Below are positions 10,940 through 22,198 of a stretch of 64,000 bases of DNA, piece by piece. The DNA is from Piromyces finnis finn (lineage: Eukaryota > Fungi > Neocallimastigomycota), in contig MCFH01000007.1 in the NCBI GenBank assembly GCA_002104945.1, positions 682,001 through 746,000 on the forward strand, read 5' to 3'. Below the pieces are notes generated by a model that saw nothing but the letters and a program-made list of their open reading frames with translations, did no database searches and was not told the origin of the DNA. Numbering within the stretch: the first letter of the stretch is position 1; every line of letters begins with the position of its first letter. A program made the position numbers and the translations under genes.

Positions 10940-12475
10940 AATGAAATTGATATTTATTTATTTATTAACAATATATATTAAGTAAAAAATCAATTTATTT
11001 AATACCTGTCTTGTATTTAAATTTAATTAATGGTTATCAAAAGTATTATTTATCAACTTTTCATAAAAGTTGTGAAAAAAAGTCTTTGTTAATTCTAAAA
11101 ATATAAAGGTTAAAGTATTTGCAGCCGTTTTTTTTTTTTTTAAAAAGAAAATTCTTTTTTAATACCTGTCATATACTATATTAAACTAAATAAAAATAAC
11201 TTTAAATAGATTATTATATTATTATTAGAATTAGTTCAGGAATAAGAATAGGTCGAAGTTATTATAATTAAAGTTTTTAATATAAAATTTTATTTATTTA
11301 ATTTAATTATTAACAACAATTTCTATTGAAGCTTCATTGAAATTATTAATCCTTATATAATAATGTGGTTTGGTATAAAACTATGTTAACATGATTGTGG
11401 TCAGGTGTATTAATTTTTTTTTAGATTGAACCACAATTAAAAAATTTAAAGCCACACTAATTTTACTAAGTCATAAATTTATGTGACTCAGTAAATAATT
11501 AATAAAAAATAAAATTATAGGTAATTAAGGTTAAGAACAACTAAACTATCAATAAAACATTTTGATAAATATATTATTAAAGCATATTTTTATTTCGTTA
11601 AAATTAATATTAATATTATATATTTATTTTTTATAGAAATATTATTGATTATATACAAATAAAGTTACATAAATTTTATTATTAAAATGTAACAAATTGT
11701 TAATTTTAAATAAGAAAACAAATAACAATATTAATATATTAATATAGTAGTTTATTGTTTACATTTCTAATAATAATACATAAATATATAAATATATAAA
11801 TATAAATTTTGATATGAAATATTATATAAAACTCTAATTATTAATAAAAATATTTTATTAAATTTTATTAATAATTACATAAAATAAATTAAAATAGTCA
11901 TGCAATGACGTGACTAAATTCAATTAAGGCGTAAATAAATCACAAGATAAAATAAATTTATTTTATTAATTTAAGCAATAAAAACATAAAATTATAACAT
12001 TATTTTATGTTATGTAAATAATTTCTTTTATTTATTATTTTATTTATAATATTTTATATTTTATATTTATATTTTATTATATTTTTATTATACTTTAATA
12101 AATATATAATATACTTCTTATACTAGTTATTATATATTTATTAATTAGACAAACAAAACAAAGTTTATAATTATTAAAAGATACATAAATGTATTATTAT
12201 TTCAATTAATTAATTCTTTGCTTCTTGTTATATTATAGCCAGATTTATTTTTAATAAATTTTATTTTAAAAAACATTATTACATAAAGTTTCTCCCTAAA
12301 AAGGAAATTAGAACCGAGTTATATCACTTTTTTATTTTATTTCTGTTTTTTTTGATTTATAAAATGATTTAATTAATTAATATTTATTTTTATTATAAAT
12401 AAATTCTTATAAAATATTAATACGTTATATTACAGCTTTATCTTAATAATATTTTAAAGTATCTTTATACTTGAA

Positions 12476-12942
12476 ATGAAAATTTGTAATATGCTATTTT
12501 TTATATTTTTTATAACTTTATCTTTAGCAAGCTTCCTCAATACGATGAAATGTTTCAACCACTTGTATTTAAATCAGCTGTTCAGGGATTTCAATTAAAA
12601 TGTCAAACTGATGAAAACGGGAATTTATGTCCATATTCTATTTATTCAATTACTAAAACTGGTGCTGATGAAGTTTTGGTTGATACATGTAAATCAAAAA
12701 AATGTACTGAAAATTTACTCAAAGTTTTTAAAGATACTAATATTGACCAATTTATAGCTTTAAAAAATTCTTCTTTTACCACAGGAAACCTCTCTTATGA
12801 AGAATTATCCTATGTTAAATATATTATTAGTACATTAGAGTCTGAAAATTGTCAATCTCAACATATTACAAGTAATGCTAGTTATGTTAAGACAAATACT
12901 TTTTTATTATTTATTTTACTTTTATTATTGGTATTATTTTAA
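12476..12942 (+). pseudogene. Small Cys-rich secreted, probably GPI-anchored protein; signal peptide out of frame with the C-terminal half
   Basis: ATG 12476 gives MKICNMLFFIFFITLSLA (signal-like). A different frame gives KLPQYDEMFQPLVFK...LKCQTDENGNLCPYS...DTCKSKKCT...ENCQSQH..SNAS..KTNTFLLFILLLLLVLF, with a hydrophobic C-terminal tail. Confidence 0.55.
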
Positions 12943-13448
12943 TAATATAAATAGGAAAATATATCTTTTTATATTGCCTTTATATTTTAATATTTATTTA
13001 CTTTAAATTAAATAAAGATAGTAATTATATATAATATTTTTTATAATAAATCTTTTGTTTAATTACTCGATCATCTATATTCATTAAATTGTGAAATATT
13101 ATATACTATTATATACTATTATTTTATTATATTATTTTACTATTTTATAGGTATCATGACTTATTTTTACTTCAATTTTATTTAGTGAATAAAGGTAATA
13201 AAATAAATTATAACAATAATTATAGGCATAAATTAATATTAAATTAATGCAAGTAAATTTTTTTAATAAAAAATATTTAAATAAATTATTGTTATTTTAT
13301 TTTTTATTATTTTCTAGAATAAAGAAATTTACTTATTTTTAATAAATAAGCTAAAATAAAATTAATATATTTTAAACTGTATATCTTGTTTATATAATAA
13401 TAATAATAAAAATAATAATAATATTTAAAATTGTTATTGTAATTTAGA

Positions 13449-13862
13449 TATAATGTATTCTAGTGATTTTAATTAAAGTAAGAAAGCCACTATTATACTA
13501 AAGTATAATAATTTTATTTGACTTCCAATGAGACACCGAGCCAAAGATCAAAATTTTATCATGGAACAAAATTATGAAATCTATTGGTTGCGCTGGCCCT
13601 CCTGGCCTGTCATACTATTTCTTCAGCATTGACACTCTTGGATGTTGCTTCAAACCTTTTGAACATTGACCATTGCTGGCCAATATAACAAAAGGCATGA
13701 TTCTGGTTAGAAGTTCCGCGGTTACCGTCAAGAATGGTGTTCCTTCGTTAGTGCCCGATTGAACCTGACACTTGCAAAGTTCTTTCCATTCCCTTGAATT
13801 GTAATTGATACTGTTAAAACTTTTTCCCCAAGAAGGAATTTAGATATTTTATTGCACACACT
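13449..13862 (-). mobile_element. 3' remnant of LINE family B
   Basis: The reverse complement matches 44375-44790 (ttccttcttgggg...gaaggaacaccattcttgacggtaaccgcggaac...ggccaggagggccagcgcaacc...ttactttaattaaaa). Confidence 0.9.
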
Positions 13863-14314
13863 TATATATCTTCTTACATTGGCGAAATAAAACTTTTTTT
13901 TGTAATCTTTAATTTCATTTAACCCACTATAATTATAAAAATTTTTATACTTCAACAATACATGACTTTTAAAAGTAAAAAGTACACAATATTACTTAAA
14001 ATTGCTCAAATTTAAATAGTTATTAATTAATTAAATTTTTATTTACTTTTATGATTTAATTAGTTTTAATTTATAATATTCCTATTCCTATAATTATAAT
14101 ATAGTTATAGATTATAAATATTATTAAATTATATTTTTTTTATTATTTTAATATTTTATTGTATATTTTTTATATTTATTTATAAAAATTATTTTTTAAA
14201 AAATAAATAAATTCTATATTTTTTATGATAATAAATAATAATTATTATTAATATTAATTTTATTTTAAATCTATTTTTATAATTTTATATCTATTTTTGT
14301 TTTTATATTAATGT

Positions 14315-16288
14315 TTATTCTTGTTCGACGTTTTCAGTGAACCATTCAGCAAGGTATGTAAGAGAATCCTTTGGAATACGAGTAAGTTCCTTGTCATTGT
14401 AGAAGTCAATGTAGGTCATACCGAAACGAGTTTCGTAACCGTTTTCCCATTCAAAGTTATCAATTAAAGACCAGGCCATGTAACCACGGACATCAACACC
14501 ATCTTCGACATAGGCAAGACGAAGGTTTTCAAGGTATTGCTTGTACCAGTCAATTCTGTAAGTATCGTGGAGAATGGTTCCTTCAATGTTGCTTTCATCT
14601 TCAATAATAGATTCATCGTAAGCATCAGCATATTCTTCCTTACCAATGGACTTGAAGTAGTCAATGGTAACTTGATCATTGGCACGACTAACCTTGTAGT
14701 TTGGTTGAGCACAACCGTTTTCGGTAATAATGATACCGTTCTTAAGAATGCTCTTGTAACGGTTGTATAACCAGTTAAGACCAACACGAATAGTTGGACC
14801 ATACTTGGTGTTCCATGATGAACCGGCTTGTGAACCAAGAGTTGGTGGAATACAAACCCATCCTGGAGCACGGCCTCTACAGTTATCATCCCACATATCC
14901 TTCTTGGAGTTTTCGTAGCTGGCTTCTTCTTCAGTTGGTGGTTCAATGAGTTTACCATCTTCATCCTTGGCTTGTTCAGCCCAGTGAGCAGTGTAGGTGT
15001 TCCAACCTAAGAAATCGGATGATGATCCCTTTAAGAGCTTCTTTTCTTCAGCTGTGAAGACTGGCATATCCTTACCCATTCTTTGCTTGACGGATTCTGG
15101 GTAGTCACCAGTCATTGGTGGATCAGAGTACCAACCAATACGGAATTCAGCGGCTAAGTTGGCGTACTTCTTGTTGTTTTCTAATTCTTCTGGTGTGGTG
15201 TTTTCATCTTCCCATGGAATTTGAGCTTCACCATCAACGGTAATACCAATAAGACCCTTTTGCTTCTTTTGGAACTTCTTACGGTAAACATTGACAGCCT
15301 TAGCGTGGGCAATAAGAATGTTGTGTGAACACCAGACTTCTTCTAATCTTTGTGGAGCACGGTCAGCTGGAAGAACTTCTGCTCCCTTGTAGTATTGAGA
15401 TGGACCAATTTCGTAGGAACAACCTCCTTCTAAATCAAGTCCAGTAGTGTCGTTTTGGAGCTTACGTGGTGCTTCACCAGTACATCTGTATGGAGCTTTA
15501 CCTGGTCCATTCTTGTAACCACCAACACAGTTAACCCATGGTTCGTTAATGGTGATCCATCCCTTAACACGGTCACCAAAACGTTCGAAACAGAATTCGG
15601 CGTATTTGGCGAAATCATCTTGTGAACGGTAATCTAACCAACCACCGTACTTTTCGTGAAGAGCATATGGAAGATCCCAGTGGTAAAGAGTAGCTAATGG
15701 AGTAATGTCGTTTTCAATAAGAGTATCGATCATCATATCGTAGTATTCGGCACCCTTTTCGTTAACATTCCATTTACCGTTAACCTTCTTAGCAACACCA
15801 TCTGGGAAAAGACGAGACCATGAGATGGAGAAACGGTAGTGGTTAGCCTTCATGATTTTCATCATTTTAACATCTTCGTCGAACTTGTGGTATGAATCAC
15901 AAGCAACATTACCGTTAGTGGAATCTGGGTTAGTTCTGTCACCAGATTCGACGTTCTTTGGGTAAAGATGGGTGAAGTAATCCCAAACGGATTCACCACG
16001 ACCATCGGTATCCCAAGCACCTTCAACTTGGTAAGCAGCAGTAGCAGCACCCCACTTGAAACTAGCTGGGAGTTTACCCTTTGGAGCTTCAGCATCAGAC
16101 TTTTCATCAGCGGAGTCAATGTCATCGGCAATTGGTTCATCAACATTAGCAGCTTCATCATCAGAAGCAATGTTACCATCGGCAGCTGGAGCGTTAACAT
16201 CAGTAACGTCATCAGCTGGAGCCTTGACAATACACTTCTTAGCAGCAGTAACAGCTAATAAAGTAGTGAAAATAGTAAGAGATTTCAT
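14315..16288 (-). CDS. cel1A: Secreted GH1 beta-glucosidase, copy 3, 657 aa
   Basis: Protein identical to copy 2; all GH1 motifs intact. Confidence 0.95.
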   Translation of the reverse strand: MKSLTIFTTLLAVTAAKKCIVKAPADDVTDVNAPAADGNIASDDEAANVDEPIADDIDSADEKSDAEAPKGKLPASFKWGAATAAYQVEGAWDTDGRGESVWDYFTHLYPKNVESGDRTNPDSTNGNVACDSYHKFDEDVKMMKIMKANHYRFSISWSRLFPDGVAKKVNGKWNVNEKGAEYYDMMIDTLIENDITPLATLYHWDLPYALHEKYGGWLDYRSQDDFAKYAEFCFERFGDRVKGWITINEPWVNCVGGYKNGPGKAPYRCTGEAPRKLQNDTTGLDLEGGCSYEIGPSQYYKGAEVLPADRAPQRLEEVWCSHNILIAHAKAVNVYRKKFQKKQKGLIGITVDGEAQIPWEDENTTPEELENNKKYANLAAEFRIGWYSDPPMTGDYPESVKQRMGKDMPVFTAEEKKLLKGSSSDFLGWNTYTAHWAEQAKDEDGKLIEPPTEEEASYENSKKDMWDDNCRGRAPGWVCIPPTLGSQAGSSWNTKYGPTIRVGLNWLYNRYKSILKNGIIITENGCAQPNYKVSRANDQVTIDYFKSIGKEEYADAYDESIIEDESNIEGTILHDTYRIDWYKQYLENLRLAYVEDGVDVRGYMAWSLIDNFEWENGYETRFGMTYIDFYNDKELTRIPKDSLTYLAEWFTENVEQE

Positions 16289-17115
16289 TTTTGTATATTT
16301 TATATTTTATATTATATAATTTTATTTTATTTTTATTTATTTTTATATTATTTTTATTTTATTTTTATTAATTTTTTTTTTAATTTAATTATAATTTTAT
16401 ATTTTTATTTTTATTTTTATTTTTATTTAATTATTATTTATTATAAAATTATAATAAAGAAAAAATGAAAATACACGAGAGTTTGACTATTTATATAATA
16501 AATGTGGATCCTATCCCTTTTTTCCCTTTAAATAATAAAATATAATAATAAATGTTCAAGTGACACAATCCCTCAATTTTTACAAATATTTACACAATTT
16601 TGAATGATTTTAATGGTAAACTTTATTTATTATAAAATAAAACAATTAACATGTTTACTAATAATATATTACTTTTCAACCCAATTTAATATAAAATTTT
16701 AATATAAATATGCAGATCTTTAACTCCTTTATAAAATTAATCCAAGATAATAAAAAGAAAAATACAAAATAATGTAATTTGTTGAACTTTATTATATGAT
16801 ATTCAATTAATAAATATTAATTTTTTGTAATGATATTTTCATCTAAATAAGCGGTTTAAAAAAAAGTTATAGGCTTAATTTTTTTTTTTTTTTTTGAAAA
16901 AAAAAAAAAGGCTTATTTCTAAGTTATTTTTATACAATTTATATATCCTACTTATTCAAAGCAAACTTTTTAAAACTATATTTCTTTTAAAGTGTGTAAT
17001 GCTATACATAAATTAAACCTTTTTTTTTAATTTCTTGTAATAATCATATGTAACATTATTCCTTTTTCATTAAAATTTTTCTTATCCCGAAATTAATATA
17101 TGAATTAGTATTTTG

Positions 17116-17177
<62 letters not shown>

Positions 17178-17197
17178 TAGAATATTAATAATAATTA

Positions 17198-17253
<56 letters not shown>

Positions 17254-17356
17254 TTGATGATGATGATGATGATGATAAGAATAAGAATAAGAATAAGAAT
17301 AAGAATAAGAATAAGAATAAGAATAAGAATAAGAATAAGAATATTAATAATAATTA

Positions 17357-17412
<56 letters not shown>

Positions 17413-17570
17413 TTGATGATGATGATGATGATGATAAGAATAAGAATAAGAATAAGAATAAGAATAAGAATAAGAATAAGAATAAGAATAAGAATAAGAA
17501 TAAGAATAAGAATAAGAATAAGAATAAGAATAAGAATAAGAATATGAATATGAATATGAATATGAATATT
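17116..17570. repeat. Compound microsatellite (AAT)n-(GAT)n-(AATAAG)n-(AATATG)n with a two-unit higher-order duplication
   Basis: The block agaatattaataataattagaat(aat)n attgat(gat)n(aagaat)n occurs twice in tandem and ends in (aatatg)n. Confidence 0.95.
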
Positions 17571-19001
17571 ATCATAATTTTACGATAATAAATTTTGGTT
17601 AAAATTTACACAATCGGAAAAATTATAAATTAAAAATTTATATATATATGAAATTATTGGGTGAATTGATTTTTAATTTCTTTTTGTTTAATCGTATATT
17701 TTGAATTTAAAATCATATATTAATTTTTTATTTAATATATGATTAATATATGGTTTTTATTTTTTGATTAATAAATCACATGGATACGGATCACCGCATT
17801 AAAAGTTTATACACTTTAGTTTTTTTTTGGCAATGAAAGTTGTATCAACACTTACATGATTAATAAAGTTCATAAAATTATGACGATTAAAAAAATAATA
17901 TATGAATATCTCATTATTAACAATATATTAATAAAGGAAAAATACTACGCATGTCATTACTAAAGGGTAATAGGATATTACATCCATAAACACATAAGTA
18001 ATATTACATCACACAATTGCAAAGACATAAATTTTATATATAATAATATTTAATAATAATAATATAATAGTAATAAAAATAGTAATAATAGTAAAAGGAA
18101 ATTTTAAAAAAGAATTATTAACTGTTAAATAGAAATTAAGGATCTACAACTATTCCATCCATCACATAAAATGGAATATTGATAGTATATAAATTAAATA
18201 TTCATATTTTATATCTAATTTAGAATTTAAACTATTTATATTAAATGCATAACAGTTAATTAATATATAGTTAATGCTTTTAATAATTAATGCTATTGAA
18301 GTTTCTACCTTTAAAAAAAATGACTGACTTTAAAATTTTTTTTATTAGTAAATTAAAAAATTGGAATATTAAAAAAAAATTTTTTTTAAAAAAAAACTAA
18401 AACTTTATTTAATATTATTTTATATTAAAATTAATTTAATAAATTAAATTTTATTATTTCCCAATTTATTTCATTAAAAATCTTGTAATCCTGAAAAAAA
18501 ATTTTTTCAGTCACAAATTTGATTTGGTCAATAGACAAAAAAGGAGTTTTTAATTAATTTTAAAAAATAAATAAAAATTTATTATAAGTATTGTTATATT
18601 ACTTTATAAAAAATAAATAGAATTAAGGTTTATATACCATTTTCACTTATTAATCATAAATAAGAGACGCCTCTTTTTCATTTAATTTTAAACTCATTTA
18701 TACAGAAAAGGAAAAATTAATTGATTAATTCAGTTGCCATATAAAATGACTAATTCTCTTTTTTTTTTTTTTTTTTTTAATTCATTTCTTGTAACTTCTT
18801 TAATTGTTATTTAATAGTAATAATTAGCTATTATAGTTAAGAAGGAATTAAATTAGTTTATAATAGAAAAGTATAAAAATAAAATAAATATTGATTATTT
18901 ATTAATAAAATAAAAATAAAATATAAAAACAAAAATAAAAATTAAATAATAAAAAATATAAAATATAAAATATATAGAATATATAAATATAAAAAATAAA
19001 A

Positions 19002-20975
19002 ATGAAATCTCTTACTATTTTCACTACTTTATTAGCTGTTACTGCTGCTAAGAAGTGTATTGTCAAGGCTCCAGCTGATGACGTTACTGATGTTAACGCT
19101 CCAGCTGCCGATGGTAACATTGCTTCTGATGATGAAGCTGCTAATGTTGATGAACCAATTGCCGATGACATTGACTCCGCTGATGAAAAGTCTGATGCTG
19201 AAGCTCCAAAGGGTAAACTCCCAGCTAGTTTCAAGTGGGGTGCTGCTACCGCTGCTTACCAAGTTGAAGGTGCTTGGGATACCGATGGTCGTGGTGAATC
19301 CGTTTGGGATTACTTCACCCATCTTTACCCAAAGAACGTCGAATCTGGTGACAGAACTAACCCAGATTCCACTAACGGTAATGTTGCTTGTGATTCATAC
19401 CACAAGTTCGACGAAGATGTTAAAATGATGAAAATCATGAAGGCTAACCACTACCGTTTCTCCATCTCATGGTCTCGTCTTTTCCCAGATGGTGTTGCTA
19501 AGAAGGTTAACGGTAAATGGAATGTTAACGAAAAGGGTGCCGAATACTACGATATGATGATCGATACTCTTATTGAAAACGACATTACTCCATTAGCTAC
19601 TCTTTACCACTGGGATCTTCCATATGCTCTTCACGAAAAGTACGGTGGTTGGTTAGATTACCGTTCACAAGATGATTTCGCCAAATACGCCGAATTCTGT
19701 TTCGAACGTTTTGGTGACCGTGTTAAGGGATGGATCACCATTAACGAACCATGGGTTAACTGTGTTGGTGGTTACAAGAATGGACCAGGTAAAGCTCCAT
19801 ACAGATGTACTGGTGAAGCACCACGTAAGCTCCAAAACGACACTACTGGACTTGATTTAGAAGGAGGTTGTTCCTACGAAATTGGTCCATCTCAATACTA
19901 CAAGGGAGCAGAAGTTCTTCCAGCTGACCGTGCTCCACAAAGATTAGAAGAAGTCTGGTGTTCACACAACATTCTTATTGCCCACGCTAAGGCTGTCAAT
20001 GTTTACCGTAAGAAGTTCCAAAAGAAGCAAAAGGGTCTTATTGGTATTACCGTTGATGGTGAAGCTCAAATTCCATGGGAAGATGAAAACACCACACCAG
20101 AAGAATTAGAAAACAACAAGAAGTACGCCAACTTAGCCGCTGAATTCCGTATTGGTTGGTACTCTGATCCACCAATGACTGGTGACTACCCAGAATCCGT
20201 CAAGCAAAGAATGGGTAAGGATATGCCAGTCTTCACAGCTGAAGAAAAGAAGCTCTTAAAGGGATCATCATCCGATTTCTTAGGTTGGAACACCTACACT
20301 GCTCACTGGGCTGAACAAGCCAAGGATGAAGATGGTAAACTCATTGAACCACCAACTGAAGAAGAAGCCAGCTACGAAAACTCCAAGAAGGATATGTGGG
20401 ATGATAACTGTAGAGGCCGTGCTCCAGGATGGGTTTGTATTCCACCAACTCTTGGTTCACAAGCCGGTTCATCATGGAACACCAAGTATGGTCCAACTAT
20501 TCGTGTTGGTCTTAACTGGTTATACAACCGTTACAAGAGCATTCTTAAGAACGGTATCATTATTACCGAAAACGGTTGTGCTCAACCAAACTACAAGGTT
20601 AGTCGTGCCAATGATCAAGTTACCATTGACTACTTCAAGTCCATTGGTAAGGAAGAATATGCTGATGCTTACGATGAATCTATTATTGAAGATGAAAGCA
20701 ACATTGAAGGAACCATTCTCCACGATACTTACAGAATTGACTGGTACAAGCAATACCTTGAAAACCTTCGTCTTGCCTATGTCGAAGATGGTGTTGATGT
20801 TCGTGGTTACATGGCCTGGTCTTTAATTGATAACTTTGAATGGGAAAACGGTTACGAAACTCGTTTCGGTATGACCTACATTGACTTCTACAATGACAAG
20901 GAACTTACTCGTATTCCAAAGGATTCTCTTACTTTCCTTGCTGAATGGTTCATGGAAAACGTTGAACAAGAATAA
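19002..20975 (+). CDS. cel1A: Secreted GH1 beta-glucosidase, copy 4, 657 aa (divergent partner of copy 3)
   Basis: Identical to copy 3 except for the C-terminal TFLAEWFMEN versus TYLAEWFTEN. Confidence 0.95.
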   Translation: MKSLTIFTTLLAVTAAKKCIVKAPADDVTDVNAPAADGNIASDDEAANVDEPIADDIDSADEKSDAEAPKGKLPASFKWGAATAAYQVEGAWDTDGRGESVWDYFTHLYPKNVESGDRTNPDSTNGNVACDSYHKFDEDVKMMKIMKANHYRFSISWSRLFPDGVAKKVNGKWNVNEKGAEYYDMMIDTLIENDITPLATLYHWDLPYALHEKYGGWLDYRSQDDFAKYAEFCFERFGDRVKGWITINEPWVNCVGGYKNGPGKAPYRCTGEAPRKLQNDTTGLDLEGGCSYEIGPSQYYKGAEVLPADRAPQRLEEVWCSHNILIAHAKAVNVYRKKFQKKQKGLIGITVDGEAQIPWEDENTTPEELENNKKYANLAAEFRIGWYSDPPMTGDYPESVKQRMGKDMPVFTAEEKKLLKGSSSDFLGWNTYTAHWAEQAKDEDGKLIEPPTEEEASYENSKKDMWDDNCRGRAPGWVCIPPTLGSQAGSSWNTKYGPTIRVGLNWLYNRYKSILKNGIIITENGCAQPNYKVSRANDQVTIDYFKSIGKEEYADAYDESIIEDESNIEGTILHDTYRIDWYKQYLENLRLAYVEDGVDVRGYMAWSLIDNFEWENGYETRFGMTYIDFYNDKELTRIPKDSLTFLAEWFMENVEQE

Positions 20976-21451
20976 ACATTTTAAACATTTTAATATTTAT
21001 TAAAAACAAAATAATAAAAATAATAAAAATAATAAAAAGTGTAAAGATAAAATAGAAAAAATACAAAATATAAAAATCAAAATCATAAATTATTTATTAA
21101 ATAGTATAAATAGTATAATATATAATAAATAGCATAATATAAATAATTCGAAAAACGCTAAAAATTTCAATACGTACTAAAAAATAAAATAAATAAAAAA
21201 TATAAATTATTAATAAAAAAAAATAAATTTAAATTATTTATAATGTATTTTTCATTTATTGTTTTATTTAATCATTTAAATAATTAAATGCTTAGATAAT
21301 TTTTTAAAAAAAGTTATAAATTTTAAAGTTGTTAATTTGGTACTTTGTTTAGTAATATGTATTAGTAATATAGAAATAATGGTATTAATTTTTTTTTAAG
21401 ATTAATAATAATAATTCAAAAGAATGAAAAGGGCTTGACTCCTAACCCCCT

Positions 21452-22198
21452 TTTTTTATTCAACTTAATTCCAACAGTCCTATCAATAATAATGAAAATG
21501 TTAATATCAGTAGAGATATCAATAATAATAATGGTAATAGTAGTAATAGAAATAATAATATTAGTAATAATAGCAATAGTGAAGATAATAATTCTAATTT
21601 AGATAGTAATTTAATAAATAATAGTTCTAATAATCCGGTGAATATTAATGTGTATGATTATTCTGGTGTGTGCAATACAATATCTAAATTCCTTCTTGGG
21701 GGAAAAAGTTTTAACAATATCAATTCAAGGGAATAAAAAGAACTTTGCAAGTGTCAGATTCAATCGGGCACTAACGAAGGAACACCATTCTTGACGGTAA
21801 CAGCGGAACTTCTAACTAAAATCATGCTTTTTATTATTGACCAGCAATGGTTAATGTTCAAAAGGAGGTTTGATAGCCAAGAGCGTCAATGCTGAAGAAA
21901 TAGTAAGACAGGCCAGGAGGGCCAGCACACCCAATAGAGATCATAATTTTGTCCCATGATAAAATTTTGATCTTTGGCTCAGTGTCCTATTGGAAGTTAA
22001 ATACAATTATTATACTTTAGTATAATAGTAGCTTTTTTACTTTAATTAAAATCACTAGAATACATTATACCCAATTTTTATTTAAACATTTTTTTTTTTT
22101 TTTATTTTTAATTTTTATTTTTTATAACATGTATTATAATTTTAATTAAATTAATAGTAAAGTTTAAATATATTTGAGGCCATTAAAAAAAAAAAAAA
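21452..22198 (+). mobile_element. Degenerate 3' portion of LINE family B ending in poly(A)
   Basis: Colinear with about 45500-46353: Asn/Ser-rich segment, ORF end, 3' UTR and a poly(A) at 22185-22198. Carries indels and a TAA. No TSD recognised. Confidence 0.9.

Noticed and set aside
17113-17575. 144-aa and 73-aa ORFs (poly-I, RI, FL)
   Set aside because: Translations of a microsatellite.
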